A stretch of 64,000 nucleotides of DNA from Eledone cirrhosa (GCA_964016885.1 OZ024764.1:28954001-29018000), one strand, 5' to 3'. Positions 12,601 to 25,059 are shown, numbered from the stretch's first letter. Notes: generated from the letters alone by a model not told the origin. Program-made: numbers and translations.

Positions 12601-12840
12601 GAAACAAACTACCTGCATCAGTTATTATACTTTTATAACACCGCTATATTACCTACATGAAAGAGGTAAATATTTATTTCTCTTGTCTTCTTAAATGTAT
12701 AGAACATTTTTCTTATATATATTCTTAACATAGCTAGGACCGTTTATTATTTACTAGTCTCTACTCCTAGGACTTTGCTGGTCTCATGTCCCCTCCATCA
12801 ACACACACTCGGTAGAAAGCTGGTCGTCGGAGGTAAAGTG

Positions 12841-13177
12841 GCCCTGATTACAGGTCTAGTATTGAAGCCTTTCGGCTTGAGCCTTGCTGATGCCGACAGA
12901 GTTCCTGTGGTAGTTTTGGTAGCACAGGTGACATTTTATTGTGTTTAGGTACCGGCTAGTGCGGACACAGAGCACAACCAGGTGGTGAGCTGGCAACGAC
13001 CAAGTGTAGAGGGCCAGCTTTGAAATTCGAGCGACGGAGTGAACTAGTAAAAGAGGCAGGGTAAGCAGCATTGGTTCTAACGGTGGGACTAGAACGGAGG
13101 TTGGGTGGTGCTGGGGGTGGGCTAACAGCTAACAGTTGTAGGAGTGGTGGGGGTTTGCTAGGATTAATTTTTACATC
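12841..13177 (-). pseudogene. Pro-rich linker plus degenerate PHD zinc finger downstream of Helitron Pif1 domain
   Basis: CALC..IKCHLCYQNYHRNSVGISKAQAERLQY*TCNQG; 2-nt frameshift in this copy. Confidence 0.65.
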
Positions 13178-14769
13178 TGTCTGTGAACTCTTGAAAAAGC
13201 AACATACAATTGTCCAGGGTTAAATACTTGCTCAGGGAGGAACAGACCCACTTTATCATGTATTTGACCATGGTTCTTGTTGATTGTCATGGCATATGAC
13301 AGTCTTAATGGAAACTGGGGTCTTTCCAAAGTAAAAGGGATGTTGGCACCACTGGGGGATAACTTCAGTCTTGGGATCAAAACACACCTGCCCATCAAAG
13401 GACCATAGATATGAGAAGCTTTGATAAAATGTTTATGCAGTTCTACTACTTCTAATCTTGTGCCATTACATAATCTGTTCTGGATTGAAATATTCCATAG
13501 AAGCATTATTATTGATCCTGCTTATAATTGGAGTTTGTGAGGCGGCATCCCAGAAGGTGTAAGCAAGTTCATTTAGCTTGAACCAGGCAGCAAGGGTCCC
13601 TGCATTTCTACCACAACCTGAGCATTGCCTCTTTGAAAGTAAACTCTGTTTGTTCTCCAGGTGTGTGGCTAGGCTGTATACTGTATGTGATGTACCATGA
13701 AGCTTAAATTCCGAGAGACACGACACTGCTTCTGGCTGAGACACATACCTGCAACAAAGATAGGTTCTTATTTCATCATGGTTGTGTTGGTTCTGAGCCT
13801 CATTAGGTAATGCATTATTCGTTACTTCTATAGATGTACAATCATGCCCCATGTAACATATTTAAAGAGGTACTTGACACTTTTTACAGAAGCGCAAACT
13901 TCAACATTAATATGTGCACAATATTTCTTAAGCAAAAAGGCATTAAATGGCATAACATTCCTGTTATCTACTGAATGTCATCCAATTTACACTGCAGTTC
14001 CTGTCTTGCACCTCCTGTACTCTGGGTATCCATTTAGGTTCAATAATGTTTCCCTTCTGTAGGTTTTTGGATAGTTCTTTTTGAAAAATCCATTTTGTAT
14101 AAATGGGGGAAAAGGGTTTCCAGAACCACATGGCCTGTGGATCATAAACTTTTAAACCTGCTCATGTAGTACTGGATCATCTTCCAATGCAGGTATTTCT
14201 GCTGACACGATTCTGTCAATGTCTTCTCTGTTTCTTATCTTGTCTTCATTTTTTAAGGCTCAGTGTTATCATCTGTTTAGATAATTCATTAAACCATTAT
14301 ACTCATCCACTCACAATTGGGCTTGATTGTTCCTCAAATATTGAAGCCTGCATCCCTCTACTTTCATATAGGCATCCACTAAATACTGCTAAAATAATTT
14401 ACCTGCCCTATATATCGCACTAAATCCTCCTCTATATGCTATACAGTATATGTAATACTCCTGCATTGTCAGTCTATTGCAAACACAGGTCCTACATTCC
14501 TCTCCATGGCACTATGCCACCAAAATTCACCATTATCGGTCGGTCATGAGGTCCAAGTGGCATGCATTATGTGGTATTTTCTGAGGAGGATGGTCTTTAG
14601 GAAAGATGATAATATCTCTTTGTACAGGTGGTGTGCCCTCAATCCCCCACAAAACAACAGCTATCATTACTAGTTGGTAAATTAGAGCAGCTCATATCTG
14701 ATCCTCTTCTAAATCTTAATTCACAGTTCTGTACACGACAATTTTCTCTTCTTGCACTTTGCTGTTTGA
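13171..14769 (-). pseudogene. Helitron RepHel pseudogene (Rep remnants plus Pif1 helicase C-terminus), copy A, 3' part
   Basis: LCNGTRL, QFPLRLSYAMTINK, GQLYVAFSRV (Pif1); VKYLFKY, DEIRTYL..RYVSQPEA, QYLVDAYMKVE (Rep region); stops and frameshifts. Confidence 0.92.
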
Positions 14770-14787
14770 GATGAAACAAGATAGCAA

Positions 14788-15130
14788 TGTCCATAACATT
14801 ACATGTCAGAATTATTAGCCACAGGGGCAGAGATGTCCATAACATTACATGTCAGAATTATTAGCCACCGGGGCAGAGATGTCCATAACATTACATGTCA
14901 GAATTATTAGCCACAGGGGCAGAGATGTCCATAACATTACATGACAGAATTATTAGCCACAGGGGCAGAGATGACCATAACATTACATGACAGATTTATT
15001 AGCCACAGGTGCAGACATGACCATAACATTACATGACAGAATTATTAACCACAGGGGCAGAGATGACCATAACATTACATGACAATTATTAGCCCCAGGG
15101 GCAGATATGTCCATAACATTACATGACAGA
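14788..15130 (+). repeat. 46-bp minisatellite array interrupting Helitron copy A
   Basis: About 7 units; Helitron sequence GTTTGA|TGCC is continuous at 30051-30060 but split here. Confidence 0.95.
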
Positions 15131-16445
15131 GTTTCATCTCGCGCTCTCTCTCTCTCGTTTCATCTCGCTCTCTCTCTCTCTCGTTTCATCTCTGTCTTCC
15201 TCTCTCTCATTTCATCTCTGTCTTCCTCTCTCTCGTTCCATCTCTCTCTTCCTCTCTCTCGTTCCATCTCTCTCTTCCTCTCTCTCGTTTCATCACTCTC
15301 TCTCGTTTCATCTCTATTTCTCTCTCTCGTTTCATCTGTCTCTCTCTCTGTCGTTTCATCTCCCTCTATCTCTCTCTCGCTCTTTCATTTCATCTCTCTC
15401 TCCCTCTCGTTTCATCTCGCTCTCTCTCTCCTGTTTCATCTCGCTCTCTCTCTCCTGTTTCATCTCGCTCTCTCTCTCCTGTTTCATCTCGCTCTCTAGT
15501 CTCGTTTCCTCTCTCTCTCATTTCATCTCGCTCTCTCTCTCTCATTTCATCTCGCTCTCACTCTCTCTCATTTCATCTCGCTCTCTCTCTCTCATTTCAT
15601 CTCGCTCTCACTCTCTCATTTCATCTCGCTCTGACTCTCTCTCATTTCATCTCGCTCTCTCTCTCTCTCGTTTCATCTCGCTCTCTCTCTCTCATTTCAT
15701 GTCGCTCTCACTCTCTCTCATTTCATCTCGCACTCACTCTCTCATTTCATCTCGCTCTCTCTCTCTCTCGTTTCATCACGCTCTCTCTGTCTCATTTCAT
15801 CTCGCTCTCTCTCTCTCTCTCTCTCTCTCGTTTCATCTCGCTCTATCTCTCTCTCATTTCATCTCACTCTCTCTCTCTCTCGTTTCATCTCGCTCTCATT
15901 TCATCTCGCTCTCTCTCTCTCGTTCCATCTTGCTCTCTCTCTCTCTTCCTCTCTCTCTTGTTTCAACACTCTAATCCCTCACTTGTTTCATCTCTCTCTT
16001 GTTTCAATTCGTTCTCTCTCTCTCTCTCTCTTTCTCTCCCCTCTCTCTTTCTCTCCCCTCTCTCTCTTGTTTCATCCCTCACCCTCTTGTTTCATCCCCC
16101 CTCTCCCTCTTCCTCTCTCTCTCTTCCTCTCTCTCTCTCTTTCTCTCTCTCTCTTCCTCTCTCTCTCTCTTCCTCTCTCTCTCTCTCTTCCTCTCTCTCT
16201 CTCTTTCACACTCTATCTCCGACTCGTTTCATCACTCTCTCCCCTCTCTCCCCTCACCCTCTTGTTTCAACTCTCTCCTCGTTTCAACTCTCTCTCCTCT
16301 CGTTTCAACTCTCTCTCTCTCTCTCCTCTCGTTACAACTCTCTCTCTCTCTCCTCTCGTTTCAACTCTCTCTCTCTTTTCTCGTTTCAACTCTCTCCTCT
16401 CTTGTTTCAACTCTCTCACCTCTCGTTTCAACTCTTTCTCTCTGT
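15131..16445 (+). repeat. CT-rich GTTTCATCTCGC(TC)n satellite
   Basis: Direct repeat pattern. Confidence 0.93.
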
Positions 16446-16646
16446 GTCTCCAATGTGTAATAAACCGTGACTCATATATATATACCGAAGAATGTACATA
16501 AACACATACATACACGCATGTGTATATATATATACATACATGTGTCTCTCTCTCTCCCTATATATATGTATATATGTATAAATATGTACATACATATTAG
16601 TGTATATATATTGCTATCTATATGCATATTTGTATAATTATACTGT

Positions 16647-16813
16647 ATGGTGAATTGGCAGTATCGGTAGAGGGTCTGACGCCATGCTTTCCAGCATAGT
16701 TACGTCCCTTTACGATCCGAGGTTAACTTTGCCTTTCATCCTTACGGGGTCGATAAAATAAAGTACCAGTAATGTACTGGTTAATTGCTGGCCTTGTGCC
16801 TAAAGTAGAAACA
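16647..16813 (+). mobile_element. tRNA-derived SINE (paralogue of 2297-2464)
   Basis: Near-identical sequence and flanks. Confidence 0.8.
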
Positions 16814-17349
16814 ATTATTAGTTCAAAGAGAAACCACCATCCTACCTGAAATATTATGTTATCATATTAAATATTTCTTATACTGTCATGTTTTTTCTTT
16901 AAAACGATTGCATCTCAATAAAGTGAAGAAAACTATTATATACTGTTGTTATATCATTATACTTTAGTTTTAACATTTCTATGTGTATAAATATAATGTA
17001 TGTAAGTGTGTTTGAAAATATATAATAATAATATGCATGTTTGAAGCAGGGTTCAACTGAAATATCTATACCAGTAACTTAATTAGTGTTACACCTTAGG
17101 CATAAACTATTTGGCATTCTTTGAAGGAGGTACTAGGTTTTTCGCTGTCTTAAATGGAGTATACACGCGCACACGATGCATATATATAAATTGTTTTTCT
17201 CTGTACAAAGAGATTGACATCATTTCTTAAATCATTATTTAGGGTTTTACAACAAAACATATTGTATGTGTAATTATACAAATTGAATTTAAGTATTTAT
17301 TTTAAAATTTTACATACACTTTAGTAGTATATATATATATATTCATTTG

Positions 17350-18109
17350 TGATGCCATGCATTGTATTGTACACTTCGACATATGGATTATATTCATGCA
17401 ACACCTCTCTTATCATAGCCATTTTTTGTGGTGAGCAGTCATTATTTGTTGGGACTAGGGCAGTGGATTGGCAGTATCGGTAGAGCGTCAGACACCATGC
17501 TTTGCAGCATAGGGTTATGGCCCTTTACGTTCTGGGTTCAAATCCCTCTAAGGTTGACTTTGTTTTCATCCTTATGAGGTCGATAGAATAAAGTATCAGT
17601 AATTGCTGGCCTTGTGCCAGAAACAATTATTTGGTTGTACTTCCAATCTGTGCTACACACCTTCGTTCCCATCAATAATATATAACTGGCCATATTGTGG
17701 TGTATTTTCTGCAGGTTACAGAGATGGGTGTGTATTGATATGTTTGACCCTGAATATGAAATCTATACGGGCCTCTGCCGGGTGGTAACACCAAATGAAG
17801 TGAAATAAATGTAGTTTTAATTGCAGATGTTTCTGTGAAATCAACTGCTTCCTGGCCTCTTTCAAAGAGATTTCTCAGTCTCTCAGGGTATATTTGCAAT
17901 GGTGGCAACACTACCTTTCCTTTATTACAACAGTTACAATTTTCATTTCTAAATTTCAAAGCTCCACAGTGATCACACGAAACATTCATATCACTAATAT
18001 GAAATTCTTCTACATTTCCATTAATATTAATTGTTGGCCAATTTCTCTTACGACGCTCATTATCCATTCTTCTCTGTCTGAATGTTTTCCATTCTAAGTC
18101 TATTTGCAT
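17350..18109 (-). pseudogene. Helitron RepHel N-terminal part of copy A (SINE at 17457-17625)
   Basis: CDHCGALKF..CCNKGKVVLPP..PPGRGPYRFHIQGQTY. Confidence 0.88.
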
Positions 18110-18210
18110 GGAATAATTATATTCTGTTGTTTATTATGTAATTAAATAGCTCTGTACAATACATAGAGCATTCTTCTTTTCTTTACCTTTTCTATGGAAA
18201 TACAAGAACA

Positions 18211-18255
<45 letters not shown>

Positions 18256-19174
18256 ACATACATAAACAAGACTGTTATTGCTCCAACCAGTCTATTTACC
18301 TTTGATAACTATCCTAAATATAAATACACCTATACCATACATACATATATCATATATGTTTTTGATGCCGTGGTATAGCAGAGATAAGCAAGAAGAGAAA
18401 AGAAAATGAAAATGAGAAAAAAAAAGAAGTAAGAAGTCGGGGGAGGGACAGACACTTCACCCCAGTCTAAGTGGTCCCTCAGCCGCAACCTGTGGAAGAA
18501 ACGTAAAAGCGTTACCTCAGAGCAAGGCCAGAGACACCTGCTACAATAGTCGCCCCTCCTCATGAAGCTCCTGTCGTCTTTCCTCCCGACTTTATGGAGG
18601 AAATCAGCAGTACAGGGACCAAGTATGGCAGAGGTCTCAATGGAGTGGAAGAGGTGAGTCAGGCCTTGGTACTATCTTACTATCCTCTGCATTGCGGGGT
18701 GTGGAGCCTAGGTTTGTGGCTGTAGCTATATTTGAACTTTTATATGAAATTTCAGTTTTATATTTTTCACATCATAAAACTTAATCTTAGTCTTTTGCAG
18801 CTCATCTTGTTTCATCTCTCAGCACACGATTTGGGAACCACTGCTCTAGAGATAGAAAAAGTATATTTTATGCAGGGCTTCCCTGAGACATAAAAACTAT
18901 TTCAAGAGATCGACATGGGTAGAAAGGTTGAGAATGCTGCACAATGTTCTTTGGTTTTTGTTCACCTTTAAATAATCATGTATAAAATATCGGGTGTGCA
19001 AGATTTCATGAAAAGGTATAACATTATTTATGCTGATCTTGCAGGGACTAGCTCCAACTGAGAGTTGTACCAATTCCCACTAAACTCGAAACTCCTGGAC
19101 AATATATACATATCTTTATAAGTTCCTGTGTATTGTGTCGCTGTATAATGAAACATAAATATATACCATGCATG

Positions 19175-19408
19175 TCAGTCAGATTTGAACTCACTATATT
19201 TGGCGTTTTATAGATATAATTTGTTTGTTAAAACAATTGATTAAATAATAACTAAATAAAATTAATTCTACAATCCTGGATAGGGAATGAACTAGAAGCC
19301 ATCTATTCGAGCAGTATTGCCATCTAAGCCACCAGGTTACTTACAGAACTTCATTCAAATATAAAATATAAAATATATGCCAGACATAGTGAGTTCGAAT
19401 CTGACTGA
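19175..19408. mobile_element. MITE with 30-bp TIRs (paralogue); further copies 21847-22094 and 62690-62937
   Basis: Same TIR pair, small internal deletion. Confidence 0.7.
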
Positions 19409-19714
19409 TTAGTTGGTCATTGTCGCAGCCAACAGTTTAAATCGCCAACCAGTAGGTGACATCGACTAGGTTAGGAAAACTTGGTTAAGTAGCTCCAGTT
19501 ATTGCTACGTTAGACATATTCAAGACTTATCGACACTGAATGGAAGAAAGGTAAAGTTGAACTCAGAGTAAAGAACTGGAAAAATACTGCAAAGAATTCT
19601 ATCTGATGTTCTAACAATTCTACCAAGTTACCTTATGTATATATATTTATATCTAGAGATAAGAAGAAAACTGAAAGAAAGAAAAGAAAAAAAATGAGAC
19701 CTTATATGTAACCC

Positions 19715-20515
19715 ATGTTACAACTCAATATATATATATTTGGGTTGTAACATATTCCTGCCGGTGAAATAAAAATTTTAATAGAAAAACGGCGGGAATA
19801 TATGTTACAACCCAATCTCTATATATTTGAGTTGTAACATATATTCCCGCCGTTGAAATAAAAATTTTAATAGAAAAACGGCGGGAATATATGTTACAAT
19901 CCAAGCTACATATTTTGGGGTTGTAACATATATTCCCGCCGTTGAAATAAAAATTTTAATAGAAAAACGGCGGGAATATATGTTACAACCCAACCTATAT
20001 ATGTTTGGGTTGTAATATATATTCCCGCCGTTTTTATGTTAAAATTTTTATTTCAACGGCGGGAATATATGTTACAACCCAAATATATGTAGATTGGGTT
20101 GTAACATATATTCCCGCCGTTTTTCTATTAAAATTTTTATTTCAACGGCGGGAATATATGTTACAACCCAAATATATGTAGATTGGGTTGTAACATATAT
20201 TCCCGCCGTTTTTCTATTAAAATGTTTATTTCAACGGCGGGAATATATGTTAAAACCCAAATATATATAGATTGGGCTGTAACATATATTCCCGCCGTTT
20301 TTCTATTAAAATTTTTATTTCAACGGCGGGAATATATGTTACAACCCAAATATATATAGATTGGGTTGTAACATATGTTCCCGCCGTTTTCCTATTAAAA
20401 TTTTTATTTCAACGGCGGGAATATATGTTACAACCTAAATATATATAGATTGGGTTGTAACATATATTCCCGCCGTTTTTCTATTAAAATTTTTATTTCA
20501 ACGGCGGGAATATAT
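19715..20515. repeat. Second array of 89-bp hairpin units, 9 units
   Basis: Same stem; 3 loops in one orientation then 6 in the other. Confidence 0.95.
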
Positions 20516-20535
20516 ACCCTGAGAGACTGAGAAAT

Positions 20536-20788
20536 CTCTTTCAAAGAGATTTCTCAGTCTCTCAGTGTATATTTGCAATGGTGGCAACACAACCTTTCCT
20601 TTATTACAACAGTTACAATTTTCATTTCTAAATTTCAAAGCTCCACAGTGATCACACGAAACATTCATATCACTAATATGAAATCCTTCTACATTTCCAT
20701 TAATATTAATTGTTGGCCAATTTCTCTTACGACGCTCATTATCCATTCTTCTCTGTCTGAATGTTTTCCAGTCTAAGTCTATTTGCAT
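20536..20788 (-). pseudogene. Duplicated Helitron N-terminal fragment
   Basis: ORF 20498..20788 CDHCGALKF..CCNKGKV. Confidence 0.8.
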
Positions 20789-20894
20789 GGAATAATTATA
20801 TTCTGTTGTTTATTATGTAATTAAATAGCTCTGTACAATACATAGAGCATTCTTCTTTTCTTTACCTTTTCTATGGAAATACAAGAACAAACAG

Positions 20895-20926
<32 letters not shown>

Positions 20927-23138
20927 ATATACATAAACAAGACTGTTATTGCTTCAACCAGTCTATTTACCTTTGATAACTATCCTAAATATAAATACAC
21001 CTATACCATACATACACATATCATATATGTTTTTGATGCCGTGGTATAGCAGAGATAAGCAAGAAGAGAAAAGAAAATGAAAATGAGAAAAAAAAAGAAG
21101 TAAGAAGTCGGGGGAGGGACAGACACTTCACCCCAGTCTAAGTGGTCCCTCAGCCGCAACCTGTGGAAGAAACGTAAAAGCGTTACCTCGGAGCAAGGCC
21201 AGAGACACCTGCTACAATAGTCGCCCCTCCTCATGAGGCTCCTGTCGTCTTTCCTCCCGACTTTATGGAGGAAATCAGCAGTACAGGGACCAAGTATGGC
21301 AGAGGTCTCAATGGAGTGGAAGAGGTGAGTCAGGCCTTGGTACTATCTTACTATCCTTTGCATTGCGGGGTGTGGAGCCTAGGTTTGTGGCTGTAGCTAT
21401 ATTTGAACTTTTATATGAAATTTCAGTTTTATATTTTTCACATCTTAAAACTTAATCTTAGTCTTTTGCAGCTCATCTTGTTTCATCTCGCAGCACACGA
21501 TTTGGGAACCACTGCTCTAGAGATAGAAAAAGTATATTTTATGCAGGGCATCCCTGAGACATAAAAACTATTTCAAGAGATCGACATGGGTAGAAAGGTT
21601 GAGAAATGCTGCACAATGTTCTTTGGTTTTTGTTCACCTTTAAATAATCATGTATAAAACATCGGGTGTGCAAGATTTCATGAAAAGGTATAACATTATT
21701 TATGCTGATCTTGCAGGAACTAGCTCCAATTGAGAGTTGTACCAATTCCCACTAAACTCGAAACTCCTGGACAATATATACATATCTTTATAAGTTCCTG
21801 TGTATTGTGTCGTTGTATAATGAAACATAAATATATACCATGCATGTCAGTCAGATTTGAACTCACTATATTTGGCGTTTTATAGATATAATTTGTTTGT
21901 TAAAACAATTGATTAAATAATAACTAAATAAAATTAATTCTACAATCCTGGATAGGGAATGAACTTATAACTTCATAATAGAAGCCATCTATTCGAGCAG
22001 TATTGCCATCTAAGCCACCAGGTTACTTACAGAATGTCATTCAAATATAAAATATAAAATATATGCCAGACATAGTGAGTTCGAATCTGACTGATTAGTT
22101 GGTCATTGTCCCAGCCAACAGTTTAAATCGCCAACCAGTAGGTGACATCGACTAGGTTGGGAAAACTTGGTTAAGTAGCTCCAATTATTGCTACGTTAGA
22201 CATATTCAAGACTTATCGACACCGAATGGAAGAAAGGTAAAGTTGAACTCAGAGTAAAGAACTGGAAAAATACTGCAAAGAATTCTATCTGATGTTCTAA
22301 CAATTCTACCAAATTACCTTATGTATATATATTTATATCTAGAGATAAGAAGAAAACTGAAAGAAAGAAAAAAAAAAATGAGACCTTATATGTAACCCAT
22401 GACCGGGATTGAAACCGAAACCAGGACTACCACCATCTCTGGTATCACCCACCAGACCACCATGAAAGATTAAAAAATCTGCTTTTTTAATCTTTATAAC
22501 CCTACTTTCAATATTAAAGTAATTAACATGTGGTGTTGTTCATGCCTTTCTCTATGTTATTGGTAAAAAATAAAGTATTTAAACCTCAAATTTTGTTATT
22601 CAAATATGCTTGCTTATGTAATTATAAATGTCGCAGAATACACACACATATATAGATGTGAAAATATTCAGGACCCCAACGGCTGTGCTACTGCCGTTTC
22701 GACATCTATATATATATCTTTTAGTCCTAGGCTCTTTCAGCGCAGAAAGAATTCTCCAATGATCACAATCAGCTAATGGTGCCCAGTGGAAGCACTTTTA
22801 GTCTAATTATAACCCCAACGATCACGATTAGCGGCGGCTTTTTCGAGTCTGAGGTTGACTGCCAGCTATATATATATATATATTTTTATACTTTGCTAGA
22901 ATCCCGGAGAACAACAGAAAGATGCTGAGTTCAGAGTTTAAAAAACATGTCCCCTTTAATATAAAAACAATCCGAGTCTTGTAAAAGTGTTATTACTGTA
23001 ATATAAAGTAGAAACCCTTTATTTAAACAAAGCTGCGATGCAGCGATCATCAAAGCAAACCCCAAAATGTAAACAAACTTCTCGCAGGTGCTGCCAGATA
23101 CACGATAACATGTGTATACGAAGTGTAACAGGGAGTTG

Positions 23139-23634
23139 GGTCGTATTATATGACTTTCAAATTGACCCCTATTATATTCAAATTATCCGCTGTGGGGCGT
23201 GCACCCCACGTTGAGAATCCCTCATAAATAAATATATGTGAGTGTGTTGCTATGACTGCTATTTCTAGCAGGTTTACTGCAGTCCTGTAGACGCACAACA
23301 AAAACCGGAAGTGGCAGCCATTAAAAAACTTTGGCTTAAAATCAGCCAAAAGATTTTCAATAATAGTAAAATTTTATTTTTGACAAGGACGATAACTTTT
23401 GTCTTACTTAATCGCAAAAATCGAGGCAAAAATTTTGAGGGTGTGCAGTTTACACGCTAAAAATAAACCTGCTAGAAATAGCAGTCATAGCAACTCACTT
23501 ACATATATTTATATATCATATATATATATATATGATATATATATTGACACTTTAGAAATAGCAGCGAATAACAGAAAGGACACACACACATATATATATA
23601 TATACACACACACACACATATATATATGCCCTAG

Positions 23635-23686
<52 letters not shown>

Positions 23687-24097
23687 TATATATATATGCC
23701 CCAGCATACACACACACACACACATATATATACATATATATATATATGCCCCAGCATGGTCTTGGACGATCGTCTAACTAAGGCCAATAATAAAATACTT
23801 CAAAATAAATTAAACACTACTAAATCCGGGGTTACAACTTGGATTACTTAAAAGTCAGTAAAGCTGTAAAGATTCTATATTGTAAATAGGTGGTCGCATG
23901 TTCGAATCCGGGCAAATCCCGAGAAAAATAACAAAAAGGACAATGTAAAAATAACAGCCATAGACGAGAGGAGGACACACACATATACACACACATGTAT
24001 ATATATATATATGTGTGTCTGTGTATGTGTTTGGCTGCTATATATATATATAGCGGTCAACACACACACACGTACATATATAAGGGTGTGTGTTTGG

Positions 24098-24131
<34 letters not shown>

Positions 24132-24502
24132 ATATAAATATATGTGAGTTGCTATAACTGCTATTTCTAGCAGGTTTATTTTAGCGTGTAAACTGCACAC
24201 CCGCAAAATTTTTGCCTCGATTTTTGCGATTAAGTAAGACAAAAGTTATCGTCCTTGTCAAAAATAAAATTTTACTATTATTGAAAATCTTTTGGCTGAT
24301 TTTAAGCCAAAGTTTTTTAATGGCTGCCACTTCCGGTTTTTGTTGTGCGTCTACAGGACTGCAGTAAACCTGCTAGAAATAGCAGTCATAGCAACACACT
24401 CACATATTTTTATTTATGAGGGATTCTCAACGTGGGGTGCACGCCCCACAGGGGATAATTTGAATATAATAGGGGTCAATTTGAAAGTCATATAATACGA
24501 CC
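23139..24502. repeat. Long inverted repeat, paralogue of 8349-9300 with different inner arms and spacer
   Basis: ORFs 23146..23349 (-) and 24292..24495 (+) mirror each other; inner arms ~23346-23530 and ~24110-24296. Confidence 0.9.
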
Positions 24503-24748
24503 AAGCTTCCAGATACACTTCGTATACACATGTTATTTGAAGTTTGTTTTGATCATCGCTGCATCGCAGCTTTGTTTAAATATAGGGTTTCTACTTTATA
24601 TTACAGTAATAAAAGTTTTACTTCGTCTACACATGTTATCGTGTATCCGGCAGCACCTATGGGCTGTTTGTTTATACTTTGGTGTTTATTTTGATCATCG
24701 CCTCATCGCAGGTTTGTTTAATTAAAGGTTGCGAGGGGGATCACTGAC

Positions 24749-24830
<82 letters not shown>

Positions 24831-24910
24831 AAGACACACACATATATATACATACACGCAGACATACACCTGTGTGTATGTGTATGTTCGTGTGTGCGTG
24901 TCTTTGGCTG

Positions 24911-24951
<41 letters not shown>

Positions 24952-25059
24952 CAGACACACACTGTTGTTTCTTGATTTTTAGCTGCTGTTTCTAAAGTGT
25001 CTATTAATATATGCTAGAAATAGCAGTCAAGGGAACATTTACGTATATATATGTAAGGA

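Noticed and set aside
12745-12775. ACTAGT with nearby TCCTAGGA as Helitron 3' terminus
   Set aside because: No convincing GC-rich hairpin, and paralogy continues past it; termini could not be fixed by eye
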